Origin: Octopus bimaculoides | Taxonomy: Eukaryota | Assembly (NCBI RefSeq): GCF_001194135.2 | Contig: NC_068982.1 | Coordinates: 25,623,163-25,686,941, forward strand | DNA: 63,779 nt | Direction: 5' to 3' | Translations under genes and position numbers: made by a program | The notes under the pieces: generated by a model | Told to the model about the DNA's origin: nothing | What the model saw: the letters and a program-made list of their open reading frames with translations, nothing else | Database searches by the model: none | Part shown: positions 13,136 through 27,295 of the stretch, piece after piece | Numbering within the stretch: position 1 is the stretch's first letter | Layout of the letters: every line of letters begins with the position of its first letter

Positions 13136-13166
13136 GCAGAAAGAGTTATTATTGTTGTTGTTGTTG

Positions 13167-13228
<62 letters not shown>

Positions 13229-14020
13229 TTATGTATGTATGTATATATGTGTGTATGTGTGTGNNNNNNNNNNNNNNNNNNNNNNNNNNNNNNNNNNNNN
13301 NNNNNNNNNNNNNNNNNNNNNNNNNNNNNNNNNNNNNNNNNNNNNNNNNNNNNNNNNNNNNNNNNNNNNNNNNNNNNNNNNNNNNNNNNNNNNNNNNNNN
13401 NNNNNNNNNNNNNNNNNNNNNNNNNNNNNNNNNNNNNNNNNNNNNNNNNNNNNNNNNNNNNNNNNNNNNNNNNNNNNNNNNNNNNNNNNNNNNNNNNNNN
13501 NNNNNNNNNNNNNNNNNNNNNNNNNNNNNNNNNNNNNNNNNNNNNNNNNNNNNNNNNNNNNNNNNNNNNNNNNNNNNNNNNNNNNNNNNNNNNNNNNNNN
13601 NNNNNNNNNNNNNNNNNNNNNNNNNNNNNNNNNNNNNNNNNNNNNNNNNNNNNNNNNNNNNNNNNNNNNNNNNNNNNNNNNNNNNNNNNNNNNNNNNNNN
13701 NNNNNNNNNNNNNNNNNNNNNNNNNNNNNNNNNNNNNNNNNNNNNNNNNNNNNNNNNNNNNNNNNNNNNNNNNNNNNNNNNNNNNNNNNNNNNNNNNNNN
13801 NNNNNNNNNNNNNNNNNNNNNNNNNNNNNNNNNNNNNNNNNNNNNNNNNNNNNNNNNNNNNNNNNNNNNNNNNNNNNNNNNNNNNNNNNNNNNNNNNNNN
13901 NNNNNNNNNNNNNNNNNNNNNNNNNNNNNNNNNNNNNNNNNNNNNNNNNNNNNNNNNNNNNNNNNNNNNNNNNNNNNNNNNNNNNNNNNNNNNNNNNNNN
14001 NNNNNNNNNNNNNNNNNNNN

Positions 14021-14088
<68 letters not shown>

Positions 14089-14419
14089 TTCTCATTGTCA
14101 TCCTTATTGACGTTGTCGATGATCTGGTTGTGGTTTTTCATGTGATCTTCTTTTGTTTTTCTGTGCATAATATTTTTTCTTGATATTATTGTATAATTGT
14201 TATTATTACTTTGCTTTTTACACCATATCGGCTTATGTATGTTAAACTCTGTATTGACAAAACAACAATATTTTACTTTCTTTCAATAGCTGATATTTAT
14301 CTGTGTCTAGCTGATATCTATTGATTAAAGAGAGCTGCATTTTTGATCTTGCTTAATACAAAGCTATTCGATGTTTTTTTAAAAGAATTTTACTTCCATT
14401 TCCTATGATACAAATGGTT

Positions 14420-14700
14420 TCTAAGAAGCCATTTTAGAGAAATAGCCAGGCATACTTCTTATATTTTCATCAATATTATTCGATATTATTCCAAGTGTTC
14501 CTACTACTGTAAGGAGAAGGATAGTGGATCTATGCCTCATATACATGTTATCGGTAGAAATGACGTCAGTTACATTTATCCTAGTGTTTTTCCGTCTGAT
14601 AAACATGATATCTCGATCATTACTACTCATCATTTTCTCGTTTGGTATGACCTTCGACTCCAGACCATACTACCTCCAATATCGTTAGAACTGTTAGCAA
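14420..14700 (-). mobile_element. Old R4/Dong-like fragment
   Basis: SNDRDIMFIRRKNTRINVTDVISTDN and VVGTLGIISNNIDENIRSMPG parallel the NRPDI..IDV..P.DDN and IVGALG motifs of this clade. Confidence 0.45.
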
Positions 14701-14803
14701 AGTTTCTTTTTATTAAAATGCGGTTTGCAGCGATATATGGCTTTGTGTCCGTGTGCGTGTGCGTATGTGTGTGTGTGTGAGTTTGCGTGTGTGTTTGTGT
14801 GTG

Positions 14804-14850
<47 letters not shown>

Positions 14851-15425
14851 ATACAGGTTTGTACGTACTGTATATATTGTTTATATGCATACATATGCAT
14901 ACATATATACATGTTGGTGTGTTTACGTCTACGTAACTTAGCGGTTCGGAAAAAGGGCCCGAAAGAATAAGTACTAGNNNNNNNNNNNNNNNNNNNNNNN
15001 NNNNNNNNNNNNNNNNNNNNNNNNNNNNNNNNNNNNNNNNNNNNNNNNNNNNNNNNNNNNNNNNNNNNNNNNNNNNNNNNNNNNNNNNNNNNNNNNNNNN
15101 NNNNNNNNNNNNNNNNNNNNNNNNNNNNNNNNNNNNNNNNNNNNNNNNNNNNNNNNNNNNNNNNNNNNNNNNNNNNNNNNNNNNNNNNNNNNNNNNNNNN
15201 NNNNNNNNNNNNNNNNNNNNNNNNNNNNNNNNNNNNNNNNNNNNNNNNNNNNNNNNNNNNNNNNNNNNNNNNNNNNNNNNNNNNNNNNNNNNNNNNNNNN
15301 NNNNNNNNNNNNNNNNNNNNNNNNNNNNNNNNNNNNNNNNNNNNNNNNNNNNNNNNNNNNNNNNNNNNNNNNNNNNNNNNNNNNNNNNNNNNNNNNNNNN
15401 NNNNNNNNNNNNNNNNNNNNNNNNN

Positions 15426-15465
<40 letters not shown>

Positions 15466-15493
15466 CTGTTGTTGTTGTTGTTGTTGTTGTTGT

Positions 15494-15745
15494 TGGCACT
15501 CCGTCGGTTTCAACGATGAAGGTTCCAGTTGATGCGATCAACGGAACAGCCTGCTCGTGAAATTAACGTGCAAGTGGCTGAGCACTCCATAGACATATGT
15601 ACCCTTAACGTGGTTCTCAGGGAGATTCAGCGTGACATACAGTGTGACAAGGCTGGCTCTTTGAAATACAGGCACAACAGAAACAGGAAGAAAGAGTGAG
15701 AGAAAGTTGTGGCGAAAGAGTTTTGCAGGGTTTACCACCATACCC
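15494..15745 (-). mobile_element. SINE family C 3' part
   Basis: Aligns with 49666-49910; (GTT)n tail. Confidence 0.85.
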
Positions 15746-16316
15746 TCTATTCGTTGATAGAGCACCTTTTCAAAGCATCACAACATATTACAAAGTTAGT
15801 TATTTCCGTCCAACCTATTGTTTGCATAAAAATTAATATCATTAAAAGACAGAGAAGCGGTACATTTGTGGCTTGCAACTACATTTCGGATTCTGTACCA
15901 CTGCTTGGAATATTGACCAAGTGACATCTACTATAATGCTAGGTTGTTTTATGCTATGCGAGTGAATTTGGTGACAGAAAACTGTGTGTAAGCCCATCGT
16001 ATGTGCGCGTGTGTGCGTGTGTCTTGACAGTGGTGTTGGTATTCATATGCCTCGTAACCAGTAGTTCGACAAAAGAGACTGATGGAGTAAGTATCAGAGT
16101 TAAAATTATATAAGCTCTTCGGTCAATTTGATGATGCTCCAGGAAGGCTGAATTCTAGAGACTGAAAGAAATATATATAACTATGATGGACATCTGTGGT
16201 AGACTAGACTGAAAGCACTAAATAGAAGCCCTTTTCCTCTCAACGAAAGAGAGGCAGAGATAGACAAATAGCTAGATAAATATATATATATATATATATA
16301 TATCATACAAATATGC

Positions 16317-16374
<58 letters not shown>

Positions 16375-16835
16375 GCAATTATATATAGTAGGTATTAACG
16401 TGAGAGTGGTGTAGGAGTGAGAGTCACTCCTCTGTTGTAGCATATATCAAATTAACAATATCATTGTTCAAGCTGAAGATAGTAACAGGCAGGTAATTAG
16501 CTTGCCACTGTCCAGTTTCTCTATTATTAATGTGTATTTCGCATGTAATGGTTTATTTTTCTATAACAATAGCCTTCTATTATTATATGTTCTGCTATTT
16601 TTATCAGTTTTCCGCTATTTCAATGACGGTCTCTGAATATAGCATTTTTGATGACATTTTCGATTTTTTTATGTCTGAAAAACGTCTTCCAGCATCTTAA
16701 ATGTCTTTATTCTCGTTTAATGACCAACAGATGCTATAATATTCTCTGCACTTGGTCATTGTTTGCGAGTGCGTCAACTTCCTTTGAATATCTTCCATTT
16801 CGTGTACTTCCTGCCTATGTCGATTGCTAGTTTAA

Positions 16836-17500
16836 GTGGAATGTTTACGCTATCTTTTCTCCTCTCTCTCGGAGGATTGCGATGGCAATGGGCTTTGCCC
16901 TCCTACAAACCTAGCCAGTAAAATAAGAAATGTCTTAGAAGACAATAGACAGTTAAAAGAAATGTTAATTCCACAACATAATATCTTTATTTTACAGCAC
17001 AGAAAAAAAATAATTTTATGTGAGAAAACATTAATAATGTATGGCCAAACGTGAATAACATTGTTCACTTTGCCCAGTGTTGTTAACACGCAAGCATTTT
17101 GCTAAGAGAAGAAATCAATAGAGACTTCGCAATGTGAAGAGGGAAAGGTTGTTGCAAATAGATGGTACCCAGATCCAATTACTCTGCGGGAAAAGATTTG
17201 TCCGGCAGAGTTCTGTAACAGGAAGGAGTTCAATATATTTGACTCCTATGGAACACGGGATTACAGGAGATTGATAAATTTCTATATTACCAAAACCACG
17301 CAGGATTTTCTTGGCTTACCGTAAAAGTAATTGCCCCATAGTCGCTATATCGAATAACTTATTCTCTGCTGACCGAAAAACAAACAATAGGAGTATGTGT
17401 TTAATATTCAAAACAGATGACAAGTTGAGAAAATTCTATGAGCTGGTACAACACAGCTATCAAGAAACCTGAATCGTTGTACTTGAAGTAGCACAAGTGT
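16836..17500 (+). pseudogene. Decayed coding-like block, possibly a pogo/Tigger-type transposase remnant
   Basis: Protein-like segments fall in one frame interrupted by stops. LILC*P..KIL*AGTTQL loosely resembles the pogo LILDNA..FLPPNTTS.LQP spacing. Weak. Confidence 0.3.
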
Positions 17501-17619
17501 TAAATGGAAGATATTTGAATATATGGGCAACGTGTCATTTGAACGCAGGGGTCGATGTAATCAACTTTTCCCCTCTCTCTCAAAATTCCAGGCCTCGTGC
17601 CTATAGTAAAAAGGATTAA

Positions 17620-17675
<56 letters not shown>

Positions 17676-20000
17676 ATATCTGGAGCGTGGATACTTCTAC
17701 CAGACAGGCAACGCATTTCGTTTGTTATGAAAGTGTAACTACCCTCGGTTATACTGGAGATACAGCGATCGATTTCAGCATTAGCCGAGTAAGTACGTGA
17801 CACACCAGTTAGATTCGTCATAACTGAGACACATAACATGTTGCTTTTGACATTCACCGACCAGTTTCGAAATACTTTCCATAACACTCGTGCACACCGG
17901 TCATAATTTTATGTTCTTCGGACACACATCAACCAAATTCGACAACATATATCATACTATAGAAAACGGTTTCTTCAGAATCACCACCACATTCCCCGCA
18001 AGACAACATCAGCAATGACAATAGAAATTCTATCTAGTTAGACCCACCTGGGTCCTTCATTAACAGTAATATGAAAATAACAAATCATGAATAATTTTTT
18101 ACGTTAGCTAGGCATGCTACAATAAAATACATACAAATACTTAAATGCCTGTATAATTTTTAAAATGTGCAAAGTAGCTTTCAAATATTTGTAAGTTAGC
18201 GATTGACCGTCTAATATAGCGTTACACAAAAGCCAGTGCCAATCAAAGGTATTAAATAAACTTATAACAGTTTTTGGAATCTGAAGTGAGACTTATTAAG
18301 AGACCATGTAATTTATGCCATTAGTAAGAGCTCATTGATCTGTTATTCGTTGTGCAGTAACTTTTGGTTTATCTTTAGAAAAGAAATGTGTCTCTCTTTG
18401 ACAGTAAATGGTTGTTAGTTTTGATATTATCTTTACGGTTGATGTTGAGTGATACAGTGTAAGAATATTCTTGCTATATAGTTTTTTTTTATTTCTCTCT
18501 TATGTACATAAAAATTTATTCGCTTTCCTTTATTTGGGCACATGTGAGGCCTATTTACCTTAAGCTACAGAGTTTTACGCTGTTAACTTTTGAAAGGATG
18601 CTTCAATGAGCTGCTGTGTTGGTAAAAGCGTTTCAGTGTATCAAAGTGTATTTCGTAATTGTGTGTGTGCGTGTGTGTGTGGGTGTTTTTTTTTTTTTGC
18701 GTGCGTGTGTGCATGTTCTCTATTATTTCTTAATGGGCTACAATAGAAAATATTCAACATGATCAACTTGAAAATACTAGATAAATATGTGCCTGATCTA
18801 GAATAGGCTTTAACACACGCACCCATGCGCCCACACATACAACTGCACACACACATACGACTGCACACACACACATACGACTGCACGTACATACACATAC
18901 ACTCACACGCATACATACAAATGCACACGCGCACACACGCACGCACTCGCTCGCGTACACACATACACATCTGCACAGTGATCACTGGATTATTTAGTTT
19001 AAATGCATGCTAGTCGTCAACCAGACTAGGGCATTCAATTCACTCTACTCATCCACCTGCTTTTGTCGCTCTATTTGGTTATTCCAGTTTATTTTGTCAT
19101 TCTCGGCAGCAGTTCTTTCGAGATACAACGCTTACAATATCCCCATCAATAATGATTATCTAGCATAACAGCATGTTTGGAAATATAAGTTATTAGGTTT
19201 GATATAGAGTTTTCACAACTGCAATGATCCACCAAATGTAAAGAAGGTCACTGCATAACACCATGTCTATATTGGATATATTCGAAACCTTTATTTCATC
19301 ATTGTTAGTAACAAGAATGCTACTCAAAATGATATGATGGCATTGCATTAAATGCATTACATTGTATTCATAGTTGATTAGGATTTCAGAATTCAATACA
19401 CATTATTTTTTTTTACTTTATCAACCAGGATAGATAACATGCTGGGATCTAATATATCTGCTGTTTAAATATTTTAAAAACCGATTCATCAAATGCAGAG
19501 CAGGCACCAACATTATTCTGGAACTGCTTCTCAAGTTGTACATATGTATTCATTCAACTGAGACAATATCAAATACGGGTATTTTGTCTTTCTTCAAAAT
19601 CTCAGTGGCGGTCTACAGCTGTTGTGTGTAGAGATATTGTCACTTCTAGTTATTGAATATTGAATCGTAACTATGCCATTAACGAACTTAATTATAGAAC
19701 TTAATTCCCGAGGTACTAGATTCAAAATAATACCACTGCAGTGTATTATTCCGTGGTAATGCTTGTAGTTTGATGATCCAGCTACAGTTGCATTAAGAAC
19801 CGTCAGCTTCTCTTACATTCAAGGATCGCGTGATACAGCATTTGATGTAGTATTACTAGATATAAAACTACTTTTACAATCACATCAGACTTACTATTTA
19901 CAACGCGATGTAAATGAGATTGTTCAGTATGTCTACTTTTCTCATTAATAGTAGAATATGTAGTGGGGGAAAATTATTGCTGTTTAGAATTTAACTTGAT

Positions 20001-20358
20001 TCATCTTCCATAAACAGATATAGAGCAACTCTTCCTGAATCCATTTTGATTTTTCCTTAGAACTCTTTCAATTTGAGGTTGGACTCGATTGAGTGGCAAT
20101 GCAGTGTAAATTTTCGCTGCAATTCGTGTAAATGTAATTCCTCTGTAGTTTATTGCAACACCCAGATCCCCTTTTGTGGGAAAGGCAGAACAAATTCTTC
20201 TGTCCAGAATTTTATCTCGCTTTGATGATATACTTGGTTGCACGATTTGAAAAGAATGTCATTGAAATTGCCGTTTTTCCAGACTTCAAGAGTGATGTCA
20301 TCAAATCCTGCAGCTTTTCGGCTTTTGGTTTTCTTCTGTACGACTTCAAGCTCGACAT
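20001..20358 (-). mobile_element. RTE-like LINE, start of the RT domain
   Basis: VELEVVQKKTKSRKAAGFDDITLEVWK, PFP.KGDLG..NYRGITFT.IAAKIY..NRVQPQIERVLRKNQNGFR. Confidence 0.9.
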
Positions 20359-20359
20359 A

Positions 20360-22150
20360 GTTCGTGTGTTGGTGACAACAGTCTTGGATTGCCTCATTAA
20401 CCAATACCGTCTGATGAAAGAGACTTTTTCCTGCTCTGGTCATGGACAGAAAAATTGCTTTCGGTAATCTGGCAAGGTCACCCAAGGCGGGAAAATTGAT
20501 GTTGAACCCAAACTGGTTACCTTCATAAGGAGCAGCATAGCAGGTGTGAAACCTTGGCGGAAGAACTGTCAAACTAGTCAACAGTAAGGTGCACAAGATG
20601 CTGGGAAGAGAAATCCAAAACAGATCAATGGCGAGGTTCAACCAGTTCAGTCAGAGAAATACAGTGATCATCAATAGATGTGTCTCACACTGATGATTAT
20701 ACGGAGCTATCGAAAGACTAGTCATGACTCTAAATCATTCCAGAAACTCATACCGTATCAATCGTCGAGCGGATTACCAACGGCTGCGACCAGGGGCACC
20801 GGTTTTGGCACCTGCGTTCGACAAGTCAGCTACAGAACGAAAATCGAAATTTGTCAGATGCAAGCATTCTGTTAAAGTAACGACTTTCAATATAAGAACT
20901 TTGAAATCTAAGTCTCAAATATCAGAACTTGCTGCATCGGCTATTAACTTGCATATCGACATCGTATATGTACAGGAACACCGTCTCTTCCGTAAAGCAT
21001 CATGAACTTGATAACAGCTGAACTCTCGTGTCTGTATTTGCATGGAAAAACTCTATTAATACATCGGCGGTGTAGAATTATTACTCAGCCCGCATGGCCT
21101 AAAATCACTAAACAGCATTGAGAAAATAACATCTAAAATAATAGTTGCCAATTTCAACGGTAACACTGCCACCTGCTGCTACAGCCCAACAAAGGTCATA
21201 AAGTTTTACAATGTGTTATCGTCTCTTGTACGATCTATACCAAAACACAACATCCTCATCATTGGCGGAGATATGAATGCACAATTAGGCCATGACAGTC
21301 CTCATCATAAGCACCCGTTCCATCAAACCTTAAATCGAAATGGAGAACACTTAGAGTAATTTTTGGTAGAACACTTATTTTCAGAAGAGACCGGGTAAGA
21401 AGTGGACCTATACTTCTTCAAACGGATTCAAAGCTCAGCTAGATTATTTTATCATGGACAAAAGTCGATTAACAGCTACCACAACTGTGAAGCATACAAC
21501 ACTTTCTTTGGTGTATCATCTGACCATCGAGTGGTAACATCTAAGCTTCATGTAAGCCTTCGAGCAAACAATATAAAAGGATCCTCAAGACCACTCTACA
21601 ACTGGCCTATGCTGACGTACAACGGAGAAGTCCGCTTCGATGTGTTACAAGATGCAAACGAAAATTACTCACCAAACACAACATATCTCTATTTCGACCA
21701 AGCTCATTATGAGGCTACTGAAAAATACATCCCTTTCAGACCAAAAGTGAAACGAAGAGCCCCCTTGGAAAGCGACACAGTGCTCACACAAAGAATTAAC
21801 ATAAAGGAAATAACCAAACAGAAACAACAGGAATCCTATGAGAAGAAACTTAAATAGAAAAACGAAGGGGCTGAAAGAACTTAATGTATAATATCAGACG
21901 GAACAAAGAAAATACATTCAAAACCAAATCGACAAAATCAAAAACGCAGCAGGCAACAAACAGTCTCCCTTTGCGTGGCCGACAGTAAATGAAGTGAGAG
22001 GTCAGAAGAAATCCTCTAACGGAAAGTTGAAGACTTCTAGCATACAGGAGAAACTGAGTAAGTGTTGGGAAATCACCAAATACACCAAACCCGCGGATTC
22101 ATCGTATTGTTGAGGAGGTTCGGGATATCGAGCAGGGACCCTTCTCGATA
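20360..22150 (+). mobile_element. RTE-like LINE 5' UTR, APE endonuclease and linker (inverted relative to its RT part)
   Basis: KVTTFNIRTL..ELAASA..IDIVYVQEHR, LIIGGDMNA, SSDHRVVTSKL..SLRAN, ending GKSPNTPNPRIHRIVEEVRDIEQGPFS; many stops and frameshifts. Confidence 0.85.
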
Positions 22151-23472
22151 CAAGTTTTATAGATACTCGTTTTTGTCTGCAAGGAAATACCACCCATACG
22201 GAGGGATTGTGCTGTGTGATGGGGTATGGTGAGTGTCGATGGGACGGCCATTATCTGTCAAGATGAAACAATCATCATATATATATAAACAATATATTCA
22301 AAGAATCTTTCTCATTTTCTTTCGTAGTGCATAAAATATTTTGATAAAATATGTATTTGAAATTCCTTACTTCAGTAGTTTCTGATATGAAAGAAATTAT
22401 AGTCGAGTAAGTCATTAATGTAATAAAAATGCTAAATTGAATTGTGGAATTTTACGTTTTATTTTTTGGGTGAATTCTATACCGTATTTTGGAGGAATGG
22501 CGTTATTGGTGCTACACCATAAGATGTATGATAAATGTTTACATGCAAAGAATGTTCATACAACTGGCTGCTGTTGTTATTTTGCACTAATGTAGGTGTG
22601 AATGAGAGTTTAAAATCACTCTGACAGCGACTTACTAGTCTTCGCAGTTATAGTTTTATCTCAAACACTCGTCAAAGAATATGTGCCCATCTTTTTATGT
22701 ATATGAGACAGTTCAAAGTGATTTGAATCACCTTTGACTTATATTTCTACCGAGTCCAGTAACGAAATAAAGATCGCTGTTGCTTTTGTAATTGTTGATG
22801 TTGATACCGTTGTTTTGTTGTTATTGTTTAGGTAACCACTTGTTTAGGTTCTGATCTAGAAGATCTATAACTAAATATATTCCAGTTATGAACGCCTTCT
22901 ATTATTAATATTTCCAAGCCTTTTATTCCTTGTACTACATAATTCAATGTGCCATTTTTATTTTAAGCATGATGAGAGTAGCTTAAAAGAGATGTAGCTG
23001 TTATTTGAATTTACCAAGTAAAAGCGCCTTCCTTGGCTTCGAAACGATAACTGAATTAGGAACACTCAATGGGGTGTGTATGCTTCATAAAGAGGACTGA
23101 AATAGCTATAATTTACAATGAAAGTGAGTTATGGTCCAGCCATTCTCCAATATCCTTGAAACTCTCACTTCACACCCAATACTTCTTTCTGCTTTGCAGC
23201 ACTGGTCAGTCATACAGAACACAAAAAAGACTAATCTAATCAAAGACTGTGGCCAAGAAATAAATATATTATTGGCAGATTTCATAATTGCGTCACTATT
23301 ATTTATTAAGCTTTTTCTGTTTTTCGTTGGCAAGGAAAAGAGTATTCTATTTCCATATGAAAAGATACAACACATACTGTAATCATTGCCTTGCAGCTTA
23401 ATGTATACTGAGCTCGGCTCTCTCATACAGTTACGCTCTCTCCATCTTTCTCTAGCCCTTCCTCTTTCTCTT

Positions 23473-23548
<76 letters not shown>

Positions 23549-23883
23549 CTATCTATCTATCTATCTAACTTTCTCTCTATCTATCTAACTTTCTCTCTAT
23601 CTATCTAGCTCTGCCTATCCCTTACGTAGATATTCTCTAAACCACACACAAATTTGCATTTTCCCTTAAGATCTTCACTGTCAAACACACAAACACACAC
23701 ACACACACACACATACACATGCCTGCACACACGCACACACACACACACACACACTCAACCTCATGCTTTCAATTTCTGGCATACGCCCACACTCTTTCTC
23801 GCAAATGCGTACACTGAGATATCCCACCATCATCCTCTCTTTCGAGCACATAAATATATTGTTTTTCTCTTAATTTACATACA

Positions 23884-25154
23884 TACGAGTTGCGTTCAAA
23901 GCTTTTTATGCCTTTGGGCATAAAAATAAAATAACAATTTTGAACATTTCACCAAGTCTTTTAATCACCTTCAAAATATTCCCCTTGAGAGTTCACAAAC
24001 TTCTCTCGTCAGTTTTGTTACTGCTAGAATAATATGGAGCGCCGCCGTCGCTTTTCTCTCGTGACTTAAAATACTTCCCTTTCAGTTTGGGAAAGAGCCA
24101 GAAATCACACGGTGCCGAGTCGGGGGTTTAGGAAGCCTGTTAAACAAGAGATGTGCTGTCCTTGACCAGGAAATCTTGATTAGGCAGAGTGAGCGAGCGC
24201 ATTGTCGTGGAGAATCTGCTAATTCTTCGCTGACCATAACTCCGGCCGCTTTCAAAGCACAGCATCACGAAGGCGATATATTACCTCCAGGAAGTATTCC
24301 TTATTGATTGTTTGGCCTTGTGGAGCGTATTCATGATGCACAATACCACGGGAGTCAAAGAAACAGGTCAACAATACCTTCGCATTGCTCTTTGGGTCCT
24401 TGGTGATGATTGATGTTTCCACTGGGAGAACTGAAATTTGGTTTCCGGGTCGTAACTATAAACCCATGTTTCATCACCATTGATGATAGTCTTCATGAAG
24501 TCTGGGTCGTGGTTTGTACAGTTCAGCAAAACCTGAGCGATTTCCATGTGACGATTCTACTGCTGCTTCGCCAGTACCTTTGGGACAATTTTCACCGACA
24601 CTTTTCGCATGCACAAATACTCCTTTAAAATGGAATGCAGGGAACCCATTTTGTGATCAATTCTCTGAATTGCTACAAGACGGTCGTCCATGACAATGCG
24701 CCGAATTTTCTGAATAGTTTCCACATTTCGGCTTGTGGATGACCTGCCTGAACGTGCCTCACTCTAAACTGAAGTGCGTCCATATTTGAAGTGGTTGTGC
24801 CAGTCCTTGATCTGATTTTTTCCATGGCATCATCTCCAAAGTCCTGATGAATCTTCTAGATGGTTTCTGTTTCAGTATTACCAAGTTTGCACAGAGCTTA
24901 ATACAATGTCTATGTTCGATGCTTCCGGCCATCTTGCGTAAAAACAAAAATCCGATGAATGTGCACTACACGTCAGTACTTCTGAGGTGACATCTGGGAG
25001 TTGATGCGGCCTACCGGCGCGAAAGTCATTGTGCATTCTCAGGAAAAGTGACATCACCTCCCATCCAAATGATTTTGACCGCGCGGCATTATTTTTGGCG
25101 GGAAAAAATAAAGTAATAAAGTAGTATACTTTATTGAATTGTTCACAATACGTA
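23884..25154 (-). mobile_element. Near full-length decayed mariner transposon
   Basis: Minus strand MAGSIEHRHCIKLCANL (HTH start), LHDNA, PDSAPCDFWLFPKLK. TA+cgagttgcgttcaaa end at 23884; degenerate opposite end at about 25125-25154; about 1.27 kb. Confidence 0.85.
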
Positions 25155-25892
25155 CTCACTCACAATCACACATGCAAGCATACACACACACGCAATGACA
25201 CACATACATATATACGTATATATACATACACTCATACGTACATTACATGTGTGTGTGTGTGTGGGTGTGTAATTGCTTAGAGTTATAAGTTTCATAGTGT
25301 ACTCATGGTTTGGTGATAGCATTTCGAAATAAGTTCCGTCCCAGCAGTTCAACAAATTGGAAAATGACGTCAGTATAGAGCATTTTGCCAAGGTCGCATA
25401 AGCCGAACGATTTATATACACCAACCAATACGTAGTTTGACAAACACTAACACTGCACATTGTCTGTACAATATAGTAATGTATTCGTCTAACATACTCT
25501 GAAGATGTGTAAGAGCGATGATGATTTTTTACTTCAAATTCCTACAGTATTATTACTGTGTACACCTGCTTTTAACTCAAAGAAATTTCGCTCGCTGCTC
25601 TCTGCCAACTTAAACACATACTCATACACACACACACACAAAAAAAAAACAAATGCCCACAAAGACACATGTTCATATATACATATTTATATAAGTATAG
25701 CCGTATACATATTTGTATATGTAATTATATACAAACACACACACACACATACACACACACATATGTATTATATACATGTGTGTTTGGGTGCGCCTTTGTG
25801 TGAATGTATATATATACATATATTTTGTAAATAGAATTATGCCTTCACCGTACTCTGAATATAGCAAATATGATAATATTAAGACGTATAAA

Positions 25893-26100
25893 GGCGACAA
25901 GCTGGCAGAGTCGTTAGCAAGCCGGGCAAAATGTTTAGTGGCATGTTGTACGTATTCACATTCTGAGTTCAAATTCCGCCGAGGTCGACTTTGCCTTCCA
26001 TTCTTTCTGGGTCGATGAAATAAGTAGCATTTGAATATTGGGATCTTATAATCGACCATTTTCCTCCCCAGAAATCACTGGCCTTGCACCAAAATTTGAC
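25893..26100 (+). mobile_element. SINE family A
   Basis: Aligns with 5889-6095. Confidence 0.85.
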
Positions 26101-26249
26101 CCCAATAATCAGAACGTGACGGGGAAAAAAGGGAAAACTGATGCACATTCATTTTGTCTGTTTGAATAACGTAACGAGAAATACATATTAGCTCAGTTAA
26201 GAGGTAAACGACTAGAACAGCAACAAATCAATAACAGCGAAGAAACTTG

Positions 26250-26462
26250 AACGTGGTCGCTCAGTCTTCTAAGAATAGAGATCAAATTCCCCTCACTTCA
26301 CCCAACCCCTACCACCTTCACTGGGATAAAAAATCAACAACACATTAAATAACGTGTTTCTAGATACACTCGGCTTTAATGAAAGAAAAGATGAGATAGT
26401 CACGGCTGAGACGCCTTTGATCATGACTGCTCACTCGGAAATAATCTGGGGATAAACAACGG
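26250..26462 (+). repeat. Fourth interspersed repeat family (SINE-like), degenerate
   Basis: Shared blocks gtcgctc(a/g)..ctgctagaa..aaatctccctcaaat and gatggtcacggctg(g)aatgcctttgatca..ctgggg(c)taaacaac. Other copies at about 22820-23030 (-), 42440-42670 (-), 50660-50770, 50990-51170, 52130-52520 and 55230-55360 (-). Confidence 0.55.
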
Positions 26463-27295
26463 CACCAAAACGTGTGAATAGTTTGAAATCAATCTTGCGA
26501 AGTGTCTTGGGGATGGTTACCCTAAGATACTCCTTCGGTGAAATAGCAATCAATGTGTTCCAACCAAACCTCAATGTCTTACACAAAGACAGAATACATT
26601 GCGCATTGTAGTCCTTGTAGACAAAACTTAAAAGATAAATAGAACGAAAAAAAGAAGTTAGTCACAACGGAAGAAACTTCCATCATGGATCTATACGGAA
26701 CTGGTGATAGATATAATTCACTCATAACATCACTGCAATAATACATGATAAGAATACTTCGTTAAATGTAATGACGTCAATTAATCTCCATTGCGGCAAC
26801 TGGATCGATCAATATGATGATTATCGTAAGAAGTTTTGTAAGGTTAAGTATAAAAGATAAATGGCTGTTGCTAATGTTGTTGCTGTTGTGAACCCATGCG
26901 TATGTGCGAGAAATCAATATTTTGAGTTTTCTTTTCTAAACTGTATATACTGTCGAAGTCTCTCAAAAAGCTACACGATATTCAAAGGTTGTTCACAGGA
27001 GACTGAAAACTATTAGTAAACTGATTTTTTGATTTTCTTTTTTTCTTACAATTCGTCTATTGTATCTTTTACACTATTTTGTATTTCTTGAAATGCCAAC
27101 TATACATGTTTCCTATACTGAACACAACATATATGTGCTTCTTACCCTTGTAACGTCTTATTCTTTTCTTTCCTCTTTGTCTTGGGAGTTACATGTAAGG
27201 ATCAAAACAATTTAATTCAAAATCCGTGATACTTAAAGTTTCAAAGAACAGGATGGTGCTTATCGTCGGCCATTGGAAATTTGAATTTGAATATA

